This document shows, in pieces, positions 28,459-38,349 of a DNA stretch of 64,000 nt. The notes beneath the pieces were generated by a model, which made no database searches, was not told the origin of the DNA, and saw only the letters and a program-made list of their open reading frames with translations. The position numbers and the translations under genes were made by a program. Every line of letters starts with the position of its first letter. Positions within the stretch are counted from its first letter, which is position 1. Source of the DNA: a virus (lineage: Duplodnaviria; Caudoviricetes); the IMG/VR virus record IMGVR_UViG_3300037851_000542, positions 1 through 64,000 of that record; one strand, written 5' to 3'.

Positions 28459-28728
28459 ATGAGTGTAGATGATATTAAAGAGGCAGTATCTGATGATCAG
28501 TATATAAATTGGTTCTATGATGCTTGTGAAAAAGGAGATCTGGATCTAGCTAAAAATCTATACAATAAGGGTATGGACTTAGGTATAAATATTTACCTAT
28601 CTGAGGATGGAAGCACTATAATAAACTGCCTTAAGAATGGTCATTATGATGTAGTTAAGTATATAATTACTAAGGGCTCTTCAATATCTTCTTTAGACGT
28701 TTTAGATGAATTTCTCAGGATTATTTAA
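28459..28728 (+). CDS. short ankyrin-like protein with tail
   Basis: FYDACEKGDLDLAKNL...NGHYDVVKYII; ends FLRII*. Confidence 0.75.
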   Translation: MSVDDIKEAVSDDQYINWFYDACEKGDLDLAKNLYNKGMDLGINIYLSEDGSTIINCLKNGHYDVVKYIITKGSSISSLDVLDEFLRII

Positions 28729-28738
28729 TTATATACTT

Positions 28739-28999
28739 ATGGATTTATATTTTGATGATGATTCTCATGACCCCCGGCAGCTTTTCTATAATGCATGTCA
28801 ATCTGGAGATTTAGCGCTTGTTAAGAGGTTATTTGAAACAGGTAGAGTTGTTATAGCTTTAAAAGGAGAGTGTTCAGAGTGTTCATATTCACTAAGTATA
28901 GCTCTTAACCATAGGCAGTATGGTATTATTGGGTACTTAAATAGTATAGGAGTTGGGTGTTGTTTAGAGGATATAAGAAGATTTTATAGGATTATTTAA
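28739..28999 (+). CDS. short ankyrin-like protein with tail
   Basis: FYNACQSGDLALVKRL; ends FYRII*. Confidence 0.75.
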   Translation: MDLYFDDDSHDPRQLFYNACQSGDLALVKRLFETGRVVIALKGECSECSYSLSIALNHRQYGIIGYLNSIGVGCCLEDIRRFYRII

Positions 29000-29085
29000 A
29001 TAAGCGTTTCTATGTCTATTATAGTAATGTGTATAGGGTTTTGTATTGGTCTGTTTACATTTCTAGTCCAATTCCTTATCCTTAA

Positions 29086-29331
29086 GCACTGCCCCCGAAA
29101 AAAAAAGCTCGTGTAGTTCCCGTAGGGTCCTTACTTTGTGCCTGTGGTGAAAAAGAGGATTTAGATACAGTTAAGAGGTTAGTTGAGTCTGGGATCATAG
29201 ACAAGCCGTCTTTAGATGCGGGTTTAACAACTAGTAGTATTTGTAGAAACAGAGAAATATCCAAATATTTAATTACAAATGGCGCTACACCTGCTTGTTT
29301 AAAAGACCTAGAAGCTTTTTATATTATTTAA
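29086..29331 (+). pseudogene. ankyrin-like frame with no canonical start (not in the ORF track)
   Basis: open frame ...CACGEKEDLDTVKRLVESG...ISKYLITNGA...EAFYII*. Confidence 0.55.
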
Positions 29332-29339
29332 ATAAGATT

Positions 29340-29762
29340 ATGTTTAAAGACCAGCGTACTGCCGACAATTTATTTTACTTGGCGTGTGAACAAGGAGACC
29401 TAGAGGAGGTTAAAAAACTAATTATAAGAGAGCAGATTTATATACAAGACGTAGGAACTCAGGGTGTCATTTTAAGCTCTATAAAGGGAAATTTAAAAAT
29501 AATTAAGTTCTTAATTGAGGTAATGAATGTTAAAATAGCGTACCCGATTAGTAATTTAAGTGCCCTAAGTGAGGCAGCTAGAAATGGACATTTTGAGGTA
29601 GTAAAGTACTTGGTATCAAAAGGAGCTAGTGTCACAGAAAGAGACAGTGCCCCTTTTAGGTGGGCAATGGTAAAGAGACATTATCACATTGGAATGTATC
29701 TGTTTAACCAAGGATCAATACCTGACTCAGAACACTTAGCTAGACTTTTTAATTTTATTTAA
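29340..29762 (+). CDS. ankyrin-repeat protein with tail
   Basis: LACEQGDL, AARNGHFEVVKYLVSKGA; ends LFNFI*. Confidence 0.85.
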   Translation: MFKDQRTADNLFYLACEQGDLEEVKKLIIREQIYIQDVGTQGVILSSIKGNLKIIKFLIEVMNVKIAYPISNLSALSEAARNGHFEVVKYLVSKGASVTERDSAPFRWAMVKRHYHIGMYLFNQGSIPDSEHLARLFNFI

Positions 29763-30040
29763 ATAAAATACCAGAGTTTAGATGCATTATTTACGGGGCT
29801 TAATACTTGAGTATAATTCTCTTTTTCATCAAAGGGTGCTACTACTATGGCATAGTTAAATTTAAATTCTTTGATGTATATTCCTATTAAATGATCCATT
29901 GTGAAGACATTCCAGTGCCATAAATATGCATATTCTTTGCCCCATTTTAAATTTAAAATATGATCATTAGGTATAGATTTAACTTCTGAGTTCTCTAAAT
30001 GGGAGTATTTTTTTGGCAAACTAGGCTGAGTATGGGACAT
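29759..30040 (-). CDS. small protein with C-terminal tail
   Basis: ends KLWYFI*. Confidence 0.7.
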   Translation of the reverse strand: MSHTQPSLPKKYSHLENSEVKSIPNDHILNLKWGKEYAYLWHWNVFTMDHLIGIYIKEFKFNYAIVVAPFDEKENYTQVLSPVNNASKLWYFI

Positions 30041-30792
30041 AGGGTTTTTGGCTTAAAAGGTTTATAGTTAACAGTTTACTGTAAACTGTGCAATTTTAAA
30101 AAACCAGACTGTTTTTTTCTAAAGTTGTTAAAATTACCTGCCTAGAAGGGGTATCCTACTAGTCATTATAGCACATAAACAGGTCACTATGGGATACTTT
30201 TCATTAAAAAATACGGTTAAATTTTGAATTAAATTTGACTCATAATGGCGCATAAATCACTCATAATTAACGCACAACTTACCCATAATATAGGGCATAT
30301 TTAGGTCATTTTACCCCTATATTTAAGCCTAAACTTGAGCAAAAATAAGGTCATTTTGGAGGCAAATTTATAGGTAATTTTTGACCTAATTTTCATTAGT
30401 TTTTAGTGCTAATTTCGACAGTAATTTACCCTATTTTGAGCCTTAATTTAATACAGATTTAAGGGTATTTTACCTTTAGTTCAGACTTAAATTTAATCAA
30501 AAAGTTACTGCCTTGAAACCTAAATCAGAAGATCATTAGTCAATTTTTAGATTAAATTATTTTAAAATAATGTTAAAATACCTAAAAAATAAATTATTTA
30601 AAAATGATTAAAATTGGTAAAAAGAGCTAATATCCCATAGTAAAAGGGTATTTTATAGCTATTAAATTGGTATTATTTTATTTTTAAATAAAAAAGACTA
30701 AAGTTTTAGAGAAAAGCAGTCGATAGGTGATAGACTTAAGATTGATAATACTTTTAAGTAACTTTATAACAATTAATAAGGAATAAATAAAC

Positions 30793-31860
30793 ATGGTATA
30801 CTTAATAACTCAACTAAAAGAAGCAACTGCAAATGGAGATTTACATCAGTTTAAAGAATTAGCTAAAGAGGCTAATAGCGAACTTCTAATCAGCAAAGAT
30901 TTAATTTTCTCGGTTACCAAAGGTTCAAATTTTGAAATAGTTAAATATCTCATAGATCAGTGCAAAATTGATGTACAAATATATAATAATATACTTTTAA
31001 TATTCCATTCCAGCAGAGGAAATGTAGATAATGTTGAGTATCTTTTAGATCGTGGTGCGGACTTACAAAGTCAAGATAATATGCCTTTTATAACGAGTGC
31101 TATAGTTGGGGATTTAAAAATGGCACGTTTTTTTCTCAATCGCGGAGCAGATATTCATGCCCGTGAAGATGAAGCCCTTGTAAAGGCAGCAGCACGCAGT
31201 GGAATAGAAATGATTAAATTTTTAGTGGAAAATGGGGCAGATGTTCAGGCTCAAGATAACGGTGCTTTTAAAAACAGTCTTTGTAATAGCAATCCTGAGG
31301 TTGCTAAATTTCTACTTGAGTATGGGGTTAACTCAATAGAAGCAAAAGTCGAGGGACTAACTAGATGTGCCCAAGAAAAAAACTTTGAGATGTTTAAGCT
31401 TTTAGTAGAGAAAGGTGCCTGCCTAGACATTAACAATAGTTATTTTTTACGTCAAGGTCTCTCTAATGGTGACTTGGAGCTAGTTAAGTATTTATTAGAG
31501 TTAGGCGCAGACATAAATAGTACTGAGAATCGTGCTCTGACTATTGCAGCTGCTAATGGGTACTTTGAGTTAGTTAAATTTTTAGTGGAAAAAGGTGCTG
31601 ATGTAAAAGCTAATGACAGTGAGGCTTTTAGATTTGCTGCCGAAAAAAATTATCTAGGTATAGTTAAATATCTTTTAGAGCAGGGAGCCAATATACATGC
31701 TGATAACAGCTCTGCTTTGAAGCAGAGCGCTATGCTAGGGCATTTTGAAGTATTTGAATATTTGCTAGAGCAAGGTGCAGACCTTGCTACATTAAACGAT
31801 CAAAAACTGAAAAAATTTATTAAAAGTGCTCATAGCAATATAGCTAAGTATTTAGTTTAA
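30793..31860 (+). CDS. ankyrin-repeat protein (~10 repeats)
   Basis: repeated G..E.VK.L.E.GAD..A.D..AL units; ends AKYLV*. Confidence 0.95.
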   Translation: MVYLITQLKEATANGDLHQFKELAKEANSELLISKDLIFSVTKGSNFEIVKYLIDQCKIDVQIYNNILLIFHSSRGNVDNVEYLLDRGADLQSQDNMPFITSAIVGDLKMARFFLNRGADIHAREDEALVKAAARSGIEMIKFLVENGADVQAQDNGAFKNSLCNSNPEVAKFLLEYGVNSIEAKVEGLTRCAQEKNFEMFKLLVEKGACLDINNSYFLRQGLSNGDLELVKYLLELGADINSTENRALTIAAANGYFELVKFLVEKGADVKANDSEAFRFAAEKNYLGIVKYLLEQGANIHADNSSALKQSAMLGHFEVFEYLLEQGADLATLNDQKLKKFIKSAHSNIAKYLV

Positions 31861-31870
31861 AGTAACAGAT

Positions 31871-32767
31871 GTGATAAGAACTAAAGCGCAAAAATCATTA
31901 GAATTTAACCAAATATTAAATGCTTATGAGGAATTAGACTTTAAACTAGTTAAGTCTTTGGCAGCACAGGGAATCAGACCCAGAAAAGCTGATTTAATGC
32001 ATTGCTATTATCAATGTGCTTATTATGGTAGGTTAGATATGCTTAAGCATTTAATAGCTTACCATAACACTTCGAGTAAATCTTATATAAATTTTGCAGC
32101 TAATTCAGCTTTGTTTAGTGGGCAACTAAACATTATTAAATACCTAGATAAATTAGGGGCAGAATACAGTTGGGATGCCTTTAAGGACGCTTGTGAGAAT
32201 GGACATTTTGAAGTTATAAAGTATATAATAAATGGAGAATGTTATAGTACAGGAACTATAATTAAAGGTTTAAAAGGCTCTGTTTTAGGAAATCAATTAG
32301 AAATAACCAAGTTTCTGTTAAATATTCTTTTAAACTTGCCCCCAGAAAGCTTTTATTGTGACCCTTATGATGTTATTAGTGACTGTGCTCATACAAGCAT
32401 TGTCAGTCATAATGGGGATATTTTAAACTTATTGTGGAAAACTACATCTTTAAATCCGTCTACTGAGTTATTAGAGTCAGCAGTTAATTCAAGAAACCTA
32501 TATGCTTTAAAACTTCTAACAAAACATAAAGCGTGGTTAACTCCAGAGCTATTAATATTCAGTATTATGTTAGATATAGCTGAACCATACCCTAATAGCC
32601 CTATAACGGCGTATATTCTCAAAAATATAAATGTAAGTACTATTAAATTTGTGCACCTTACTCGTTTACTGAGAATTAAACAGCACCAACTAGTAAAAGA
32701 ACTTACCGTGAATAGAGGGTGTAAAGTTAATAAACGAATAATGAAAAGATTATATTATGTTATTTAA
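31871..32767 (+). CDS. degenerate ankyrin-repeat protein with tail
   Basis: AYYGRLDMLKHL, ALFSGQLNIIKYL, ACENGHFEVIKYI; ends LYYVI*. Confidence 0.8.
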   Translation: MIRTKAQKSLEFNQILNAYEELDFKLVKSLAAQGIRPRKADLMHCYYQCAYYGRLDMLKHLIAYHNTSSKSYINFAANSALFSGQLNIIKYLDKLGAEYSWDAFKDACENGHFEVIKYIINGECYSTGTIIKGLKGSVLGNQLEITKFLLNILLNLPPESFYCDPYDVISDCAHTSIVSHNGDILNLLWKTTSLNPSTELLESAVNSRNLYALKLLTKHKAWLTPELLIFSIMLDIAEPYPNSPITAYILKNINVSTIKFVHLTRLLRIKQHQLVKELTVNRGCKVNKRIMKRLYYVI

Positions 32768-32844
32768 ATTCAGCTAAAGTTTATTTTAATGTGCGCCGAT
32801 AGTAATATTATAGGGAAAAAGATTAACTGTTAAAAAGGACTACA

Positions 32845-33027
32845 ATGAGTCAAAATTTAAATAAAGAAAGCGAGCAGGCGAAAAAAGAACAAATTATTGA
32901 CGATATTAATAATAGTCTGTTAGAAATTAAACAAGTAACAGGAGCAGGAATATTAAACCTTTCCCAGTTAGGATATCTTCAAGGTATTCTCAAAAGCCTT
33001 ATAACCCCTGTCGTAATTGAGGAATAA
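32845..33027 (+). CDS. hypothetical protein
   Basis: promoter 32774, AGGA SD. Confidence 0.7.
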   Translation: MSQNLNKESEQAKKEQIIDDINNSLLEIKQVTGAGILNLSQLGYLQGILKSLITPVVIEE

Positions 33028-33415
33028 GATGAATCAAGACTTAAACAGAGAAGAGTATTTAAAAAAGATTTCAGAGTTAGTTTTAGGAGAGCTAGTTGTA
33101 GTTAGCACTTGGGACTACTCGACTCAGCATTTTGAGGTTAGAAAAGTAGAAAAATTAACCAATAAACTAATAGTTTTAGATAATAATTTGAGATTCAACA
33201 AAGAGAATGGTAGAGTTTGGGGAGGTAACCACGGAAGAACTCCTTACTTATTGATCCTAACACCAGAGGTGGGTAATGCAGTAAGGAAATACAAGTTAAT
33301 TAGATCTGTAAAAACTAACTTGGACAAAGTAAAAAGTTTAAAACTAGATGAGCTAAGCACTGATACCCTGAGTATTTTAAAAGAAGTGCTAGAAAAGACT
33401 CTTGAGAAAAAATAA
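33017..33415 (+). CDS. hypothetical phage protein
   Basis: clean ORF in operon. Confidence 0.75.
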   Translation: MRNKMNQDLNREEYLKKISELVLGELVVVSTWDYSTQHFEVRKVEKLTNKLIVLDNNLRFNKENGRVWGGNHGRTPYLLILTPEVGNAVRKYKLIRSVKTNLDKVKSLKLDELSTDTLSILKEVLEKTLEKK

Positions 33416-33437
33416 CAATTAGTTTAAAACTTTATAT

Positions 33438-33806
33438 ATGTCTGCAGAATTAAAGAAAAAAGAAAAAGACTTTTGGACACTAGAAAAAGTCATTAGTAGT
33501 GCCCAAAATGCCCGCAACCTAGGTCACGGAATTGCTTGGTGGCACGCTAACGGTGAAGGTGCTTGTGCTTGGGCAATAAGACACGGGTACTATACCGAAA
33601 TTACTAAGATTATCTTTAAAACTAAAAAACGGCATACAAAAGCTTCGGCTTTTAAAAGTGCCAAAATTGCAGCAGATGCAGGTCTTAGAATTAGCGATTG
33701 GCGCAGAAAAGATGCTGTAGCTTATAATTGGGTAATTAATAAAGGGTATTTACCTGAAGTCAGACAAAGTATTTTTAAACTAAGTCCAGTTTATAGAAGC
33801 AAGTAG
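33438..33806 (+). CDS. hypothetical protein with two helical repeats (WTLEKV...AY.W...KG)
   Basis: internal repeat ACAWAIRHGY / AYNWVINKGY. Confidence 0.7.
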   Translation: MSAELKKKEKDFWTLEKVISSAQNARNLGHGIAWWHANGEGACAWAIRHGYYTEITKIIFKTKKRHTKASAFKSAKIAADAGLRISDWRRKDAVAYNWVINKGYLPEVRQSIFKLSPVYRSK

Positions 33807-33826
33807 TTTTTGAAAATTATTAATTA

Positions 33827-34612
33827 TTAATTATTAGTATCTGTATCTACCCATTCAAAACTGTACCCTTTGTAAGTTTTAGTTGTAGTTTTATTATATA
33901 ATATGCTACTCAAATAACTGAGGTTAATTTTTAATTCTCTAGCGCAGGCTGCTTTAGATTTATAGATGCGTTCTTTTTTAGTTTGTGTATGAATTGCTTT
34001 TACAGGTTTAGATATAGCAGAAACTACAGTTCTTTTATCATATAACCTTTGTTGAGAGCCTCCAGAGAATACAATATTTTTATTTTTTATATCTTTAATT
34101 TTGGAATCTATGGTTTTTTTAATTTCGGTCTCTGGGTAATCATTAGCAAAACTAAATGTTAAAAAATGCTTAAATGATTTTTGAGAACCGTACCTAACTC
34201 TTTCACATATCTTCTGAGCTTTTTCTTTTGATATTTTTAAATCTTTACTTAAAGTGGCGTAATCTTTATAAAATTTAACCTCTAATGTTCTGACATTAAG
34301 CGTAACATTTGTAAACCTTTGTAGGCGATTTTCATTATCAAACAAGGGTACAAACTGTCTTTTTACTTCTAGTTCTACTATAAACCTATCACTCTCCTTT
34401 AACACTGAGCAAATAGGCTCTAATTTAAAATTGTTTTTATTTGGGATATATTTCCTTATATATTTATATTGAGGTATAACACTTCTATGCATGTAGCATA
34501 AGTCTCTATGTTTTCTTGTTCTTGCTCTTAAGTTTGTAGTTGACCCTATATATGCTGGGGTTTCTATATTGGGTAAGAAAATTCCGTAGATGATCGCATG
34601 TTTTTTACTCAT
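33827..34612 (-). CDS. GIY-YIG homing endonuclease with C-terminal NUMOD1-like HTH
   Basis: IIYGIF...AYIGST.NL..R.RKH; KPVKAI...IYKSKAACARELKI. Confidence 0.8.
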   Translation of the reverse strand: MSKKHAIIYGIFLPNIETPAYIGSTTNLRARTRKHRDLCYMHRSVIPQYKYIRKYIPNKNNFKLEPICSVLKESDRFIVELEVKRQFVPLFDNENRLQRFTNVTLNVRTLEVKFYKDYATLSKDLKISKEKAQKICERVRYGSQKSFKHFLTFSFANDYPETEIKKTIDSKIKDIKNKNIVFSGGSQQRLYDKRTVVSAISKPVKAIHTQTKKERIYKSKAACARELKINLSYLSSILYNKTTTKTYKGYSFEWVDTDTNN

Positions 34613-34754
34613 TATGTTAAAATAGCATACGCCTTTTAACTAGACAAGTTTATTTAAAACCTGAAAATTAAATTTTACATTTTGCGCCCGAAAAAACTTA
34701 AGTTTCTAAAGAGAAGTGCCGATAGAGTAATATGGAATTAACTTTTAATATGAA

Positions 34755-35087
34755 TTGGCACATATGGATTGGGATCAAATATTCTCAGAAGCTTGTGAAA
34801 CAGGAGATTTAGCCACAGTTAAAAAACTTTCAAAGGTGGTTACAAAAAGAGCACTAAAAGAGGGTTTGTGGATAAGCGCCCAAAATTACGAAGGCAACGC
34901 ACCGGAAGATCAAGAAGATCAGTTCGAAATAATTAAGTATTTAGTAGAAAAGAAAAAAATAAATGTTAAAGAGTTTGATGATGGTTTAATTAGCGGGATT
35001 GACAGTATAAAAATAGGTAGATATTTAATTGAAAAAGGTTTAAAATGTAGTTCTGCGTATCTTCTTGGGTTTTTTCACTTTATTTAA
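34755..35087 (+). CDS. short ankyrin-like protein with tail
   Basis: FSEACETGDLATVKKL...FEIIKYLVE; ends FFHFI*; promoter 34697. Confidence 0.75.
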   Translation: MAHMDWDQIFSEACETGDLATVKKLSKVVTKRALKEGLWISAQNYEGNAPEDQEDQFEIIKYLVEKKKINVKEFDDGLISGIDSIKIGRYLIEKGLKCSSAYLLGFFHFI

Positions 35088-35255
35088 TTTTATGTTTTTT
35101 GGGACAACAATGAAATTAGTCAGTATCGATCTAGATGTAATGTTTCTAGAAGTAGTTCTAGAGAGAAGTAATGGAGAAATTGTAAGTATTAAGGTATTCA
35201 CAATGTTTGTTGTATTTATTATTTGTATTGTTGCGCACTTGCTGGGGTTAATGTA

Positions 35256-35702
35256 ATGAGTAGTTCTAATACTATATTTCTAGATCCTTTAGAACCTCTT
35301 GTATTCTCCAGTAACAATTATATTGTACCTAATAATGCCGAGTTTAAATTTAGAGAATACGATAAATCTGTAAAAATACTAGGAACTATAACTAAAACAT
35401 TAGTAGACTTCCGTGAAGATCGTATGAGTTTAAAAATACCTAGAGGCTGGACAACAAGAGCATCTGCAAAAGACATACATGATGCTATGGTAAAAAGTCT
35501 TATAAGTTTCGGAACATCTACCTTAACAATAAGAGCTGGTAATAAAATAGTATTCGAATGTAGTATGAAAAAACCTGGTCTTATCCATAGTTATAAGAAA
35601 CTCAAACCAACAGACAAGCAATTTCTTAAACACTTGGCAGAAGAGATAAGGAAAACTATGTTGGCTGAAGCTATAGTTACTAAAAAACTACATTTTATCT
35701 AA
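35256..35702 (+). CDS. hypothetical protein with tail
   Basis: ends KLHFI*; stop lies inside a -35 box. Confidence 0.75.
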   Translation: MSSSNTIFLDPLEPLVFSSNNYIVPNNAEFKFREYDKSVKILGTITKTLVDFREDRMSLKIPRGWTTRASAKDIHDAMVKSLISFGTSTLTIRAGNKIVFECSMKKPGLIHSYKKLKPTDKQFLKHLAEEIRKTMLAEAIVTKKLHFI

Positions 35703-35880
35703 AGTTATTTTAAATAGCTGTCGATACAAGCTATAGTAGATAAACTTTATTTTAAAAAGGATTAGTATTATGGTTAATTTTATAAAAGGCGTGACATTTA
35801 TTTGGATTTTTGCAGTATCTGTATACCTACTGATAACTATCTTAAATCACCTTCCATTATTTTGCTTTAAGGTAGGATAG

Positions 35881-36147
35881 TCAAATCAGGTAAAGTAAAA
35901 AACTCATATTGCTATGCCCTTTCTTCATTGCTGATGGAAAGGCATAGAATACTTGTTTTTTAGATTTACTAAATGTTATTTTAGCAATCTTGCTTTCGTT
36001 ATCCCATCGTTCTATTTTAGAAATACTATAAGAGGAAATACACAACGGACTAGAGAGATCAAAATATAAAAATTTATACTCTATAACAGTTTTGTCTTTT
36101 AAAAGACCTTCTGGGTCTATGCTTTTAAGTGCGTTTAAATAGTCCAT
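35881..36147 (-). CDS. small protein with tail
   Basis: ends FLLYLI*. Confidence 0.75.
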   Translation of the reverse strand: MDYLNALKSIDPEGLLKDKTVIEYKFLYFDLSSPLCISSYSISKIERWDNESKIAKITFSKSKKQVFYAFPSAMKKGHSNMSFLLYLI

Positions 36148-36148
36148 A

Positions 36149-36445
36149 TTAGATTAGATATAGTAATCTGTGAGGTGGGCTATTTCTTTCATTCCTAGGA
36201 TTAAATACATCCAAGTTTAATTCTGAAGGAAACATACGGTTTCTAATTGGAGAAGTATATTCAAAACTAAGTGTTTGTAGTCTGCTGCCTCCGGCATTAT
36301 AAGGTCTAATAACTATTTTTACATTCTTTATAGAAGAGTAAAGGTAGCCATCATTACCACTGCTCACGGGGGTGACTAATATATATCTACTTTTTGCATC
36401 TATTAAAGGAAAGGACTTTAAAAACGAACCGTATTGAAAAATCAT
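36149..36445 (-). CDS. small protein with tail
   Basis: ends RLLYLI*. Confidence 0.75.
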   Translation of the reverse strand: MIFQYGSFLKSFPLIDAKSRYILVTPVSSGNDGYLYSSIKNVKIVIRPYNAGGSRLQTLSFEYTSPIRNRMFPSELNLDVFNPRNERNSPPHRLLYLI

Positions 36446-36449
36446 GTGT

Positions 36450-36689
36450 TTAAATTAAATAAAAAACTTGCCAGTTCATTCCATAATTAGGTATATAAAA
36501 TATGGTTTTGTCTACGTCCTCAAACTTTTCAATAGGTACAATATCAATGTGGTTGCGATCCATTTTATAGTAAACCCTATCAAATATGTAAGCCCACTGA
36601 TCCTCCATCTTGGCTACCAGTAAAAAATGAGTACCAAGGTACCTTTCGTTAAAGGTTTTTAGAAACATATGAATTTGAATTTCTTTCAT
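36450..36689 (-). CDS. small protein with tail
   Basis: ends QVFYLI*. Confidence 0.75.
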   Translation of the reverse strand: MKEIQIHMFLKTFNERYLGTHFLLVAKMEDQWAYIFDRVYYKMDRNHIDIVPIEKFEDVDKTIFYIPNYGMNWQVFYLI

Positions 36690-36759
36690 CTATTGATCTT
36701 AACATTTAATTGTTGTAAAATCAAATCATAACAAGTCTGCACTAATTGTTCTATAATTT

Positions 36760-37254
36760 ATGACAAATTTAACACCTCAGCCCCAAAAAATACAACTACA
36801 ACAAGTATCTAAAGACGAATTAATATCCTATGTCAAATTTAACAATTTAGCTGTACTAAAAAAGGTACTAACAAGGTATAATGTTTCAGCTATAGTACCT
36901 TACCTGCATACAAGTACTTTAGCTATTTTAAAGCATTGTACTTCTAACAAACTTCTCAGTAAACCTCAGATACAAAATATACTTACTGCTGCTCTTTTTT
37001 CCAGAAATAAAAAGACTGTTTCGTATCTAAAAAGTCTAGGGTATAAGGTTGAAATTAAACACCTTCTTAATGTGATAGGTAAACTGGAGGAGTTAGATGA
37101 GAAAATTAAATCAGCCAAACTAAAATTACATCTTTACTACTCTGCAGAAGATACAATAAAATATAATAAGCAGCTAGATAAAGTTATTAACCTTAAAAAA
37201 GAATATAAAAAAACCTATTACGCTTGTTTATATACACTTTCTGAGATTTTTTAA
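36760..37254 (+). CDS. hypothetical helical protein (weak ANK-like segments)
   Basis: AALFSRNKKTVSYLKSLG segment. Confidence 0.65.
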   Translation: MTNLTPQPQKIQLQQVSKDELISYVKFNNLAVLKKVLTRYNVSAIVPYLHTSTLAILKHCTSNKLLSKPQIQNILTAALFSRNKKTVSYLKSLGYKVEIKHLLNVIGKLEELDEKIKSAKLKLHLYYSAEDTIKYNKQLDKVINLKKEYKKTYYACLYTLSEIF

Positions 37255-37263
37255 TAAACTAAA

Positions 37264-37731
37264 ATGTATCATACAAATTTAAAATTACTCACAGGCAAGC
37301 TACAAAAAATAAAAACAGATCATTTAAACAATACTACTGTAGACTTACCTGATGCTTGGAAACAGTACCCAGTTTTTAGAAATAAGTTTAAAAATGTAGT
37401 AGATGCTGCTATAGAAGAAATGTTATATTTAAACTCTAATATTGTTAATTCGGGCTGTAAATTAAACATGTTTGGCTATGATTCTATTAAAAGTAAACTA
37501 CTAGATCATCACTACTTGGTGTACTTTAAAATACTAAAAGACACAACCAGCATAGGGTTCCCTACACTATACTTGGAAGGTAATTCACTTACCAATGAAG
37601 TATATACCAGAATAGTGAGTAACAGCACAGAAGATGTATTACAAATGAATATAAACGATTGGGATAAAGACTCCGTAATGTTTGTATTTGAAAAGTTTGC
37701 AGAAGAGTGTTTAAATGGGTACTTGTTGTAG
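37264..37731 (+). CDS. hypothetical protein with tail-like end
   Basis: ends NGYLL*. Confidence 0.7.
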   Translation: MYHTNLKLLTGKLQKIKTDHLNNTTVDLPDAWKQYPVFRNKFKNVVDAAIEEMLYLNSNIVNSGCKLNMFGYDSIKSKLLDHHYLVYFKILKDTTSIGFPTLYLEGNSLTNEVYTRIVSNSTEDVLQMNINDWDKDSVMFVFEKFAEECLNGYLL

Positions 37732-38294
37732 GATCTAATAGAATGTTTGATGCCACAGCCTGTTTTGTAATAAACCCAGATAGAGAAAAGGCTCATATTG
37801 ATAGTTTGGTTAGAGATAATAAAAGAACAGCTCTAAAATTTTATATTAAAATAAGAGCTAGTTTCGCAGTTTCGTATTGCGATAAAAGAAAAGAGGTAAT
37901 CAGGTATGGTCTTTCTGAGCTGGAAAAAACCTATAAAGCAGGCAAGAAAGTTTTTTATTATAAATTTATAACAAAATTAATAGATCATTTGATTAGGAAA
38001 GGTCTGTATAAGCCTGATATTTTTTTGTTTGATTTACTAGGTGATTTTATCTATGAATTTAAGAATAAACATTTGATGTTAAAGTTACTTGATTGCCTTG
38101 TATACTTTACACCAGATATTTCTTACATTAAAAGTCTTATGAGGACTTTAAAACTCACTTACATACCATTGCACACTGCTTGTATCTTTTGTATAAAATT
38201 TTCTATAAAAGACATTTTAGATATGCACGAGTTGTATGGTTTAAGTCTGCATATCACTAAAGGAGATTTAAGCCGTAAAGTAATTTTAGTCTAA
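37707..38294 (+). CDS. hypothetical protein with tail-like end
   Basis: ends KVILV*; real start probably the ATG near 37743. Confidence 0.7.
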   Translation: MFKWVLVVGSNRMFDATACFVINPDREKAHIDSLVRDNKRTALKFYIKIRASFAVSYCDKRKEVIRYGLSELEKTYKAGKKVFYYKFITKLIDHLIRKGLYKPDIFLFDLLGDFIYEFKNKHLMLKLLDCLVYFTPDISYIKSLMRTLKLTYIPLHTACIFCIKFSIKDILDMHELYGLSLHITKGDLSRKVILV

Positions 38295-38349
38295 AGTTTT
38301 ATTATACCTCTGCCGATATAATATTTAGGCTAACTTTAATAGAACTAAA

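Noticed and set aside
28181-35087. Giant eukaryotic virus origin suggested by mimivirus-style ankyrins and IS607
   Set aside because: Bacterial sigma28/sigma54/sigma70 promoter motifs, SD sequences, coupled operons, intrinsic terminators and a bacterial RF1 point to a bacteriophage.
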